A stretch of DNA of 64,000 bases from Octopus sinensis (taxonomy: Eukaryota), in contig NC_043010.1 of assembly GCF_006345805.1 (NCBI RefSeq), positions 26,660,001 to 26,724,000 on the forward strand, given 5' to 3'. The notes under the pieces are model-generated. The model had not been told where the DNA came from, made no database searches, and was given only the letters and a program-made list of their open reading frames with translations. Made by a program: the position numbers and the translations under genes. The number at the start of each line of letters is the position of its first letter. Position 1 is the stretch's first letter. Of this stretch, positions 12,704-23,558 are shown piece after piece.

Positions 12704-12792
12704 TCTATATATATAATATATAAAGTATATGTATATTGTAGAGAGATATATTTATAAATATACATATATCTGTATATATAAATATACATATA

Positions 12793-12853
<61 letters not shown>

Positions 12854-12929
12854 GTACTTATATGTATAGATGTATACATTTATGTGTATTGATCACACAT
12901 ACATGCATGCACACACACATACACGTGTA

Positions 12930-12964
<35 letters not shown>

Positions 12965-13229
12965 CTATAAGTCAAAACTTCAGTGGCATCATAAAATGGT
13001 TGATGGAACTTTGGAAATGTTCCAGAACATTTGGTGTCAGTTGAAAGAAGGGGAAAAAGAAGTAAATACAGTCAATAGGAACATAAATATTCTTTCTCTC
13101 TCCACTCTCCCCCTACTCCACCACCACCACTACATCCCCACAGACCACAAGAAATCATTGTTGACAAAGAGAAAACATAAATTATATGTTTCAGTCAATC
13201 TCAAGTCTAGCCAACATAACGATAAAGAG

Positions 13230-13269
<40 letters not shown>

Positions 13270-13316
13270 TATATATGTATATATATATGTATATATATAT
13301 GTATATATATGTATAT

Positions 13317-13702
13317 CATCATCATCATCATCATCATTTAGCGTCCGTTTTCCATGCTAGCATGGGTTGGACGGTTCAACTGGGGTCTGGGGAGCCCGAA
13401 GGCTGCACCAGGCCAGTCAGATCTGGCAGTGTTTCTACAGCTGGATGCCCTTCCTAACGCCAACCACTCCGAGAGTGTAGTGGGTGATTTTATGTGCCAC
13501 CGACACAGGTGCCAGACGAGGCTGGCGAACGGCCACGCTCGGATGGTGTTTTTATGTGCCACCGACACAGGTGCCAGACGAGGCTGGCAGACGGCCACGC
13601 TCGGATGGTGATTTATGTGCCACCGACACAGGTGCCAGATGAGGCTGGCGGACGGCCACGATCGGATGGTGTTTGTTACGTCCCCAAAGCACGGAGGCCA
13701 GT
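13317..13702 (-). mobile_element. Family C retroposon with 3 internal 61-62 bp tandem units
   Basis: (CAT)n tail at 13317-13337. TATGTGCCACCGACACAGG recurs at 13491, 13553 and 13614. Confidence 0.75.
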
Positions 13703-13712
13703 CTATATATAT

Positions 13713-13761
<49 letters not shown>

Positions 13762-13791
13762 GTATATATATATATTATATATATATATATG

Positions 13792-13882
<91 letters not shown>

Positions 13883-14114
13883 TATATACATATATATGTA
13901 TATATGTTTGTATTTGTAATTGTGTGTATGTGTGTGTGTGTGTGTATTTGATATTCCAAGAGATTCTCAGTTATTCTGTTTTCTTTCATTTGATTCGATG
14001 AGAAACATAAACGATAACAATTTTTTTCTTTGTTTTGTTTTGGTTTTGTGTTTTTGTCTGCTTGGAGAATAAGACGAGTGTACTTAAAGGCTTGAAATAT
14101 ATATATTTATACAC

Positions 14115-15636
14115 ACTAACCAATATTGTAGCTGTGGCCAGTGACCCGACAGGCTCCTGTGCCAGTGGCACATAAAAAGCACCATCCGAACATGGCCGAT
14201 GCCAGTACCCCATGACTGGCTCTTGTACCAGTGGCATGTAAAAAGCACCCTCCAGACGTGGCTGATGCCAGTACCCCTTGACTGGCTCTTGTTCCAGTGG
14301 CATGTAAAAAGCATCTGCCAGACGTGGCCGAAGCCAGTACCCCTTGACTGGCTCTTGTACCAGTGGCATGTAAAAAGCATCCGCCAGACGTGGCTGATGC
14401 CAGTACCCCTTGACTGGCTCTTGTTCCAGTGACATGTAAAAAACATCAGCCAGACGTGGCCGAAGCCAGTACCCCTTGACTGGCTCTTGTACCAGTGGCA
14501 TGTAAAAAGCATCCGCCAGACGTGGCCGATGCCAGTACCCCTTGACTGGCTCTTGTACCAGTGGCTTGTAAAAAGCACCAGCCAGACGTGGCTGATGCCA
14601 GTACTCCTTGACTGGCTCTTATACCAATGGCATGTAAAAAGCACCAGCCAGACGTGGCCGATGCCAGTACCCCTTGACTGGCTCTTGTTCCAGTGGCAAG
14701 TAGAAAGCATCAGCCAGACGTGGCCTATGCCAGTACCCCTTGACTGGCTCTTGTACCAGTGGCATGTAAAAAGCACCAGCCAGACATGGCCGATGCCAGT
14801 ACCCCTTGACTGGCTCTTGTACCAGTGGCATCTAAAAAGCACCATCCGAACATGGCTGATGCCAGTACCTCTTGACTGGCTCTTGTACCAGTGGCATGTA
14901 AAAAGCACCAGCCAGACGTGGCCAATGCCAGTACCCCTTGACTGGCTCTTGTACCAGTGGCATCTAAAAAGCACCAGCTAGACGTGGCCGATGCCAGTAC
15001 CCCTTGACTGGCTCTTGTACCAGTGACATGTAAAAAGCACCAGCCAGACGTGGCCGATGCCAGTACCCCTTGACTGGCTCTTGTACCAGTGGCATCTAAA
15101 AAGCACCATCCGAACATGGCTGATGCCAGTACCTCTTGACTGGCTCTTGTACCAGTGGCATGTAAAAAGCACCAGCCAGACGTGGCCAATGCCAGTACCC
15201 CTTGACTGGCTCTTGTACCAGTGGCATGTAAAAAGCACCAGCCAGACGTGGCCGATGCCAGTACCCCTGACTGGCTCTTGTACCAGTCGCATGTAAAAAG
15301 CACCAGCCAGACGTGGCCGATGCCAGTACTCCTTGACTGGCTCTTGTACCAGTGGCATGCAAAAAGCACCAGCCAGACGTGGCCAATGCCAGTACTCCTT
15401 GACTGGCTCCTGTGCTAATGGCACATAAAAAGCTCTATCTGAACATGATTCACCCCCTTACTGGCCCCCATGCCAATAGCACATAAAAAGCACCTACTAC
15501 ACTCTCAGAGCATCTAGCTGTAGAAATTATACCAGATCTGATTGGAGCTTGGTGCAGCCTCCTGGCTTTCAAGACCTCAGTCAAACCGTCCAACCCATGC
15601 CAGCATGGAAAGCAGACATTAAACAAGGATGATGAT
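14115..15636 (+). mobile_element. Family C retroposon with massively expanded internal array
   Basis: Same 5' start (ACCAATATTGTAGCT.TGGCCAGTG) and tail as the copy at 43727-44316. Confidence 0.75.
14160..15430. repeat. 66-bp tandem array, about 19 copies
   Basis: Unit CAGTGGCATGTAAAAAGCACCAGCCAGACGTGGCCGATGCCAGTACCCCTTGACTGGCTCTTGTAC; starts at 14361, 14427 and so on. Confidence 0.95.
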
Positions 15637-16051
15637 ATATTTCTGGATATTCTTTTATTCTTTCACCTATTTCAGTCATTTGGCTCTAGCCATGATGGAG
15701 CACCACCTTAAAGGGTTTTAGTCAATGAACTTATTCTTTATAAGCCTAGCACTTATTCTGTTGATCCCTTTTTTCCGCCAAACTACCAAGTTACAGGTAC
15801 ATAAACCACCAACACCTGTTGTCAAGCAATGATGGGGACACACATGTCGTCGAATGCTCGAAATGAGGAGTAATTTAACAGCTGACAACTGATGAAGGGT
15901 CTTTTCTCTGTGTTTACTTGTCCTGTTTTCCATTTTTTTTGCATTGTTTATGTATTTAACTTGTTTGTTTACATATTTCATATTATTTGCACTGTTGGTG
16001 ATATCCTGTACCCATATATGCATATATATATATATATCATATATTATTTAC

Positions 16052-16147
<96 letters not shown>

Positions 16148-16524
16148 AAACCAAAAAATGGAACAAGAACATAACAGGTGACGACAAAACATCCGGACAG
16201 TTAGACAATACAAAAAAGGACAGGAGAAAACAAGGACGGGTCATTTGCTGCTTCCTATCCTCTGTTGAGTTCCAGATTGTCATTGCAATTTCAACTGGTT
16301 ACACTCAAGACTGCTCCAATTTGGCCGGCCCTTAGAAAATCTAAGCTAAGAGCACTAGACTCCTTGGAAGAAAGCAAGCAAATGTATACGAAAACAAGGA
16401 CGAAGAAGAAAACAGAGAAATGGTACACAATTACAAATACAAACAACAGGTGTCTTTCAACTAAGGATGAATTAAATTAAGCTGGTGTCTGTGGTAGTGA
16501 AGCCTTATGGCAAGGACATATATA

Positions 16525-16571
<47 letters not shown>

Positions 16572-16627
16572 TTAGTGAAGGGAAGAAATGGAGTTGAACG
16601 ACGATTCTACAAAATTCCTTTTTATTA

Positions 16628-16711
16628 TTTTCTACACATATTTCAAAGGCTGCAAATTTCCAAATTCGGATTGAATAAGGAGACCATTTTGCAGCTTTCT
16701 CTTCAGGAAAA
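16628..16711 (-). ncRNA. Type-I hammerhead ribozyme in the inverted pLTR
   Basis: Reverse complement of the HHR at 20147-20230. Confidence 0.7.
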
Positions 16712-16863
16712 ACCAGGAATTTAAATCTCCAAACAAATGCGCAGTAAGCTATTCGAACAAAACGCTCCCTAGGAGCCCATGGTAAGGCACAAAACTGTCT
16801 CTCAATTTGCGTTGGCGTCAGGGCGGGTGAAGGCCGACGGAAAAGTCCGTTGGAATACCGCAA

Positions 16864-18879
16864 ATGGAGTTGTTCGAGATCAACGCGTCCCTTAAGGACA
16901 TTCCTATACCACCAAAGGAAGCCTTCCTTAAGGAAATTGTCTGCAAAACTAATGCATTCATAAACCGGATTAGATGGCTCGTTTTCTTTCATGATAACGA
17001 GAATCTAAAACAGAACCGGGCTGCAGCATCGTCCGAATATAAGAGGCTTTTTAAGTCGATGGATACACCACCACCTAACCCAAGACTGAAGAAATTTGAG
17101 GATGACTTGTGGGACATTGTAAGGAGGATTAAATTCAGGAAGTCACCCAGGAGAAATGAACACCTCAGATACCTAGAGAAAATTACTAAGGATATTAACA
17201 GGTCAGACGGAATCCTGGTCCAATCTGACAAAACAAGGAACACGTACAAGTTACCCATTAACCAGTACTTAGAATTACTCGGAAAAGAGATCCAGAAGAA
17301 CTATAGAACAACAAATAGAAACACACTGAGAAAAGTAAACTTGGAGATTAAGAAAATAATGGTTAATTACGGAATTCAAATGAGAACACAGCCGCTTAGC
17401 CCTAAACAACCTAGATTCATCGTTAAGGACCACAAACCAAATTTCTACACCAACCCAGCGTTAAGGCTCATATGCCCTTCTAGTTCTGACATCGGCGCCA
17501 TCAGTAAGTACATTTTAGACAAATATATTCCTAGTTTAGTCAATAAGCTGAAGCTTAACCTCTGGGCGAACTCCTCGCAGGTCGTAAAGTGGTTCTCTTC
17601 TATCCCTAATAAAAACCGAACTAAGTTCATTCAGTTCGATATTGCTAATTTCTACCCCTCAATTAACCCTAGTGTACTTAATAAGGCCCTGTGGCATGCA
17701 CACAATAAGGCAGGTCTCACTAGAGAAGAAGTTGATATAATTCTAGTCGCCAGAAAATCATTTATAAAGTTTGAAAATAAGTTGTGGGTTCGTAAAGATA
17801 CTCCTAACGAGTTCGATGTGCCTATGGGTAGTTCAGATAGCGCGCAGATTGCCGATTTGGTCAGAATCTATATTCTCTACGAATTATCCGACCAGTTCCC
17901 GGATATCGGGGGCGGCCTATATCGTGATGATTGTCTGTTTTACCTACAAAACACCCCGAACAGAATCGTACAGAAAACTAAAAACAGATTAGCTAGGTTC
18001 TTTAATAGGATGGGCATGAGTATAGTTTTTGATAACGAACTTACTAAGGCTAATTTCTTAGATGTCACACTAAACCTCCATAGCGATTCTTACTGCCCTT
18101 ACCATAAGCCTTCCACTAACTTAAAGTATGTCAGTGTCTTCTCGAATCACGCTAAAACTATAACAGACAATTTGGTTAAAAATATTTCTCAAAGATTAAC
18201 TAATTTGTCTGCCAATGTCGACATTTTTAGGCAGAAAGCGGAATTTTATAATGCCGCCCTGTCTAAAGCCGGTTATAGGGAGAAGGTAGTATATATAGAT
18301 CCGGCCCTTCCGATGCCAGCATTCTGTCATCAGGATAGGGCCGGCTACAATAACATAAATAATTTAAGTAGTGATGGTAGCCTGAGGAATGTCGAAACAA
18401 GTACAGCTAGAATAAATTTAGGTAACATAAATAATTTGCGGTCCAGGGGAGGCCATAGTAAGCCAAAACCTATTATTCAACCTAGAAATACCCACCTTAA
18501 TGTCAGAGTTGACTCCCCGACCCAGTACAAAAACAGGAATAAATATATTTGGTTTGTAATTCCCTTTGGTAAACAAATAAGATCTAATCTACCTCTGCAG
18601 TTTCGCCAAGCCATTGCCAGTAATTTTCCCAGAAATTCCAGATATTACGCCACTGTTAACTCACACAAAGTTAGGATAGCCTTCTCCAACACTAAGAATC
18701 TCTCACAGATAATTTCCTCCCATAACAATAAGCTGCTAAATAAGACCCTCTCACCTTCGTTCGGAGACGCAGCTCCGTCTAATGCCAGAATAACGCGCAG
18801 TAATAATAATAATAATAATGATAATAGAACCGGCACAGAGATTAGCAATCTCCATACCAGCCATGGAGTCAATAACTAG
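16864..18879 (+). CDS. PLE reverse transcriptase (N-terminal and RT part, Naiad-like)
   Basis: Motifs KDIPIP..RIRW, DKTRN, KDHKPNF..LRLICP, FIQFDIANFYPSI, PMGSSDSAQIADLV, LYRDD, ANFLDVTL, PYHKP..YVSVFSNH. Confidence 0.9.
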   Translation: MELFEINASLKDIPIPPKEAFLKEIVCKTNAFINRIRWLVFFHDNENLKQNRAAASSEYKRLFKSMDTPPPNPRLKKFEDDLWDIVRRIKFRKSPRRNEHLRYLEKITKDINRSDGILVQSDKTRNTYKLPINQYLELLGKEIQKNYRTTNRNTLRKVNLEIKKIMVNYGIQMRTQPLSPKQPRFIVKDHKPNFYTNPALRLICPSSSDIGAISKYILDKYIPSLVNKLKLNLWANSSQVVKWFSSIPNKNRTKFIQFDIANFYPSINPSVLNKALWHAHNKAGLTREEVDIILVARKSFIKFENKLWVRKDTPNEFDVPMGSSDSAQIADLVRIYILYELSDQFPDIGGGLYRDDCLFYLQNTPNRIVQKTKNRLARFFNRMGMSIVFDNELTKANFLDVTLNLHSDSYCPYHKPSTNLKYVSVFSNHAKTITDNLVKNISQRLTNLSANVDIFRQKAEFYNAALSKAGYREKVVYIDPALPMPAFCHQDRAGYNNINNLSSDGSLRNVETSTARINLGNINNLRSRGGHSKPKPIIQPRNTHLNVRVDSPTQYKNRNKYIWFVIPFGKQIRSNLPLQFRQAIASNFPRNSRYYATVNSHKVRIAFSNTKNLSQIISSHNNKLLNKTLSPSFGDAAPSNARITRSNNNNNNDNRTGTEISNLHTSHGVNN

Positions 18880-19540
18880 CGTTAGTAATGGTAATAAGGA
18901 TGAGAGCACTGTCCGAGTCATTAATGTAGAGAGTCCCAATAACACTTTTAGCAACGGTTTTGAAAACAGTAGCATCACGGACATTAGCAATCACAGCGAT
19001 CTCAGTGCCAGGGAATATACAGGTGATATTCCATTAAATAGTATTGATAATGGGGTGTATAATGTCAAAGACACCCGCAGTTCTCACAATCATCATAGTA
19101 ATAAGAACGCCGTATTAATATCTGAAGCCAATCCCAATAGAATAAGGTTCTTATCTAGTAATTCCAAGATTAGAAATGCCATTTACCAATGCAGAGTTTA
19201 TACTGAATCAGATGTCTACTTGTATATCGGAGCGTCATCATCAAAATTGGCCATGAGAATATCGAACCACTTCACAACATTTCGCGATTTTAGAAAACAA
19301 CACGCCACGGGACTAAGTAAATTAATCTGGCGTTTGAAGAACGCGAATTCAGCATTTAAACTGGAATGGTCGATTTTATCGGTGTCTGTACCGTTTGATA
19401 GTGGCAAAAGAATCTGTAATCTCTGCAACTCTGAACTTTTTCACATTTTGTTCGCCCGAGGGCAGCTAGTTAACGCAATTTTGCAACACTCTTTCAGATG
19501 TCCCTACTGGAGGTGGCACACATTTCTTGCATACAATTGA
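18818..19540 (+). CDS. PLE linker + GIY-YIG endonuclease (frameshifted continuation of 16864-18879)
   Basis: AIYQCRV...LYIG...RISNH...TGLSKLIWRLK...CNLC.SE...LVN...CPY. Single frameshift near 18875. Confidence 0.85.
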   Translation: MIIEPAQRLAISIPAMESITSVSNGNKDESTVRVINVESPNNTFSNGFENSSITDISNHSDLSAREYTGDIPLNSIDNGVYNVKDTRSSHNHHSNKNAVLISEANPNRIRFLSSNSKIRNAIYQCRVYTESDVYLYIGASSSKLAMRISNHFTTFRDFRKQHATGLSKLIWRLKNANSAFKLEWSILSVSVPFDSGKRICNLCNSELFHILFARGQLVNAILQHSFRCPYWRWHTFLAYN

Positions 19541-20146
19541 AGCCTAAGATAATTAACACCTTGATGTCCTAAGAAAAGAAAAAAATTTTGGAAAAAATTT
19601 GGAAAAAAATTTTGAATTAAATTTGTAAAGGGAAATTACTCCCCCTTTAGCGTATGATCTGCTACTTATTTAGAAACAATATCAGGGATTATACTCCCCT
19701 TGTTTGACAAGTCATCTGTGTATAAACTGACCACAGACGAACACACAGACACAGACTTTTATCAGCCGCTTGACCTACAATATCTGCAATATATTTTCCC
19801 TCTAGCTGCTTCCTAACATACTGCCACACATACACAGGCGCACACACACATACATGTAAGTAGTTTCTCACACCCAAATAAGATAGCTTTCATTCTTAAA
19901 ACAATTCGAACATTAACATTAGTTATACAGAATATATTCACACTCTTTGGTTTTCTGGAATTCTTTCCCTACCAAATTTAACCGCAGTTTGACCTCGATT
20001 TATTCCAACGGACTTTTCCGTCGGCCTTCACCCGCCCTGACGTCAACGCACATTGAGAGACAGTTTTGTGCCTTACCATGGGCTCCTAGGGAGCGTTTTG
20101 TTTGAATAGCTTACTGCGCATTTGTTTGGAGATTTAAATTCCTGGT

Positions 20147-20230
20147 TTTTCCTGAAGAGAAAGCTGCAAAATGGTCTCCTTATTCAATCCGAATTTGGAA
20201 ATTTGCAGCCTTTGAAACATGTGTAGAAAA
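20147..20230 (+). ncRNA. Type-I hammerhead ribozyme in the 3' pLTR
   Basis: TTTTC-CTGAAGA-GAAAGCTGCAAA[loop]TTTGCAGCCTTT-GAAA-CATGTG-TA-GAAAA. Stem I TTTTC/GAAAA, ~11-bp stem II, GTA cleavage triplet. Confidence 0.8.
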
Positions 20231-20559
20231 TAATAAAAAGGAATTTTGTAGAATCGTCGTTCAACTCCATTTCTTCCCTTCACTAAATATATACAACTTC
20301 AATTATCCGCGCTAAGACACGGTTGCGACACCCCATGGTCGTAACCTCAACCGTGTTTTTTCTGTTGTGATTTTTGCTACCCAGGTATCGGTTAAATTTT
20401 GAATAATCTGTAAAAAGATAATTCATTTATCCATTTCAATAAATATATATATATATATATATATACCATTTATATATAAGAAAAAGCAAATGGAGAAATT
20501 GATATGCAGATATCAATTTATGAAAACAAATCCAATTTCGAAGAATATCAAACTAATAA

Positions 20560-20654
20560 ATCCCATGATGGTTTCTATGCCCAATCAATTCAAATTAGAA
20601 AAATTAAATTAGAGATTCATAATGAATATCATTAATTGAACATTTCATCAGGAT
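20560..20654 (-). ncRNA. Degenerate hammerhead-like fold in a probable pLTR remnant (about 20475-20790)
   Basis: ATC-CTGATGA-A-ATGTTCAATTAAT..ATTGATTGGGCAT-A-GAAA-CCATCATGG-GAT. 13-bp stem II; the UH cleavage dinucleotide appears to be missing. Confidence 0.5.
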
Positions 20655-20960
20655 CAAAACTTGATATAAAAAAGGGATTACATTCCAGTGCGTTGATATA
20701 TCATTGGTTATCTCAGCTTTAAATTCAGATATCCAGGGATCTGGCATGCTGACACCTCTGTAAGAAGTATTTATAACCTTGAAAAAATTCATATATATAT
20801 ATATATATCTTTCACTATTAATTGTATTACTTAGAGATTTTGTCTCTTAATTATTCACATATATTATATATTGTGAAATTTGATTTAGTATTGCTAAACT
20901 GAATTTTTCCCTGAAAGTTTGGAATTTTATATTCCCTACTATTAATTATATATATATATG

Positions 20961-21003
<43 letters not shown>

Positions 21004-21191
21004 ATGGCTTCTTTCAGTTTCTCTCTACCAAATCCATTCACAAGGCTTTGGTCAGCTTGAGGCTATTGTAGAAGACACTTGTCCTAGGTGCCACAAAGTG
21101 GGACTGAACCCTGAACCTTGTGGTTGAGAAGCCAGCTTCTTACCACACAGCCATGCCTGCTTCATATTTATATTCATGTTCTGTCAGTTAA

Positions 21192-21518
21192 CAATGGGTT
21201 CTCAACTGGGGTTTCATATAAGATTTTGGTAGGTCCATACAAGGAATATAATAAATTGGGTCTGCAGTAGTATTTTATGGGTCCATAAAAAAAGTTTGCT
21301 TTGGTTGTATTTATTGCAAGAAACAGTTTGGTGTCTTCCTCTGATGCCTGGCATAGTTCAGACTACACAAGTAAATGTGTGATAAACAAAATAGGAATTT
21401 TGAAACAAGTGTCTGCGAAACTAGTTTTTAAAAAATGAATGGCAATGGGGGGGGGGGTCCGCCAGAATAAAATAGTAATCAAAGGGGTCCGTAGATGAAA
21501 AATGTTTGAGAACCCCTG
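21192..21518. mobile_element. hAT-type MITE
   Basis: Termini CAATGGGTTCTCAA / TTGAGAACCCCTG. No clear 8-bp TSD. Confidence 0.5.
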
Positions 21519-21801
21519 ATTTAAAGAATGGTTTCAAATTTCGGCAGCAATTTCAGGGAGCTGGTAAGTTGATTACATCAAACCCCAGTGTTCAACTGGT
21601 ACTTATTTCTTTGACCCCGTAAAGATGAAAGGCAAAGTTGACTCTGGCAGAATTTGAACTCAGAATGTAAACATTGATGAAACGCCACAAAGCATTTTGC
21701 TCAGTATGCTGATAATTTTGCCAACTCACCATCTTAATACTGGAAAATGATTATAATCTCCTAATATAATAATGAGCATTGTGGTTTTATGTATTTATAT
21801 G

Positions 21802-21878
<77 letters not shown>

Positions 21879-22031
21879 AATATATATATACTTGTCCACA
21901 ATCACGTTGTTGGTGGGAGTGGGAGAAAGAGTATTATAAGTGAAGGGAGAGGAGAGAAAACAGTAATTCAGTGAAGGAGAAGTAGTGAGAGTAATAGCCA
22001 TGACTGAAAAGGAGTGAGAGAAAGTAATAGC

Positions 22032-22076
<45 letters not shown>

Positions 22077-22280
22077 GTGGCAAAGAGAGTGTCGCCTGCA
22101 AAGGTTTTTTTTTATATTTCACAGGCAAAATGCTTTGTTTACATTTTACGAGGTTCATTTTCTCTAATATTTCATTTCCAATGTGTGTGTGTATTTACAG
22201 TATATAGTGTTTGTTACCAGTTCATTGATAATTTTAGTTATCAGTAATCCCATAACTTATTTATAGAATGTAGTGTTTGT

Positions 22281-22526
22281 TGGCAGGGGTAAAGAATACA
22301 CACATCGTCTGTTTTCGGTGAAACCCTAACCCTTAACTCTAACCCTAACCCTAAACCCTAAACACCAGGTGTGTGTATTCTTTACCTTTGCCATGTTTGT
22401 TATCAGTTCACTGATATTTTTAGTTATCAGTAATCCCATAACTTATTTACAGTATATAGTGTTGGCAGAGATAAAGAATATGCACACTGTCTGTTTTCGG
22501 CATAACCCTAACCCTAAACCCTAACA
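22281..22526. repeat. Small TIR element enclosing (TAACCC)n telomere-like repeats, partially duplicated in tandem
   Basis: TGGCAGGGGTAAAGAATACACACA / TGTGTGTATTCTTTACCTTTGCCA around AACCCT repeats. A second partial copy at about 22463-22526. Confidence 0.7.
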
Positions 22527-23558
22527 CTATAAAGCTGCATGAACTCTTGAATGACATCACTAAGAAACATGTATTTGGAAGAGTCACTGCTTACTGCCAC
22601 ACCACTGAATTTCAAAAGAGGGGCTTACCACATGCCCACCTGTTGATCAATTTGCACCCTGATTATGAATTGGATGATCCCGAAAGAATTAATCAAATTG
22701 TCTGTGCTGAGATCCCGGATCCTGTCACTGAACCCCTACTACATGAAACAGTAAAAAGGTGCATGATCTATGGGCCCTGTAGTGATCTCAACCCTGCTGC
22801 TCCCTGCAAGGAAGATAACAAGTGTTTTAAAGAATTTCCAAAGGAGTATCAACACGAGGCACAGATAAACCCAAACAGTTGCCCATTATACAGGCAACGT
22901 TGAGAGGCATTACATTGAGTTCACAACCATGAAATAGATGAATGATATGCAGTGCCCTACAATAAATATCTGAGCTGTAAGTTCAGTGCTCATATACATG
23001 TTGAGATTTGCCTCATCGTCTCCTCTGTGAACTATATTTACAAGGATATCTACAAGGAACAGGACTCCATTGATGTTGACATCAATGAAACAACTTCAAA
23101 CAATGAGATTGTGCAGGATGAAGTATGCAACCATTTAGATGCTATGCAAGTGAGTGCTCCTGAAAGTATATGGTGCCTGCTTGAGAATAAAATGCATGAT
23201 AGATCTCATTCAGTTATTTGTCCGCCTGTCCAGCTGCCACTTGTATACTTTGAAGAGGGTCAAGAGAGTCAGGCGCTTGAGTGAGCAACACAGAGAAGAA
23301 CACAACACTGACAGCTTGGCATCTTCTGAATCAAACAGAGGAAAATGCCCGGAACTTGCATCATTCTGATATTCCGTACAGTTATGTCTTCAATAAGCAG
23401 ATTACTGTATGAAAGTGCAGACAAAGAGGAGGCGATAAAGTCATCGCCAGATTGTACACCATTAGCCTGAAGGATGAGGAACAATTTTACTTGAAACTGT
23501 TGCTGTTGCATGTTGCTGGAGTTTGAATTTATGAAGATATGTAAACAGTAGATGGTGT

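Larger units (their letters stand above)
16568..20443 (+). mobile_element. Penelope-like retroelement (Naiad-type) with inverted 5' pseudo-LTR
   Basis: RT + GIY-YIG ORF. About 290-bp inverted repeat 16568-16857 / 20001-20290. Flanked by (TA)n on both sides. Confidence 0.9.

Noticed and set aside
10134-14001. Numerous YI/IY-rich, poly-I and poly-M ORFs (also at 33709-35667, 44839-45457, 59403-59675)
   Set aside because: They are translations of (TA)n, (CA)n, (GAT)n and (TCTA)n microsatellites, which lack stop codons.
13986-15424. Long ORFs with 22-aa repeats; superficially CRISPR-like or a repeat protein
   Set aside because: These are contiguous 66-bp units with no unique spacers, inside a dispersed retroposon. 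Frames are open only because of the periodicity.
15845-15905. CGAAA...CTGATGAAGGG, a possible permuted hammerhead
   Set aside because: I could not build stems I and III in a valid topology.
19540-20000. SECIS element / selenocysteine recoding in the Naiad-type PLE
   Set aside because: There is no in-frame TGA within the ORFs, and I could not identify a SECIS fold by eye.
22320-22526. True telomere
   Set aside because: Short, imperfect, internal TAACCC runs inside a TIR unit.
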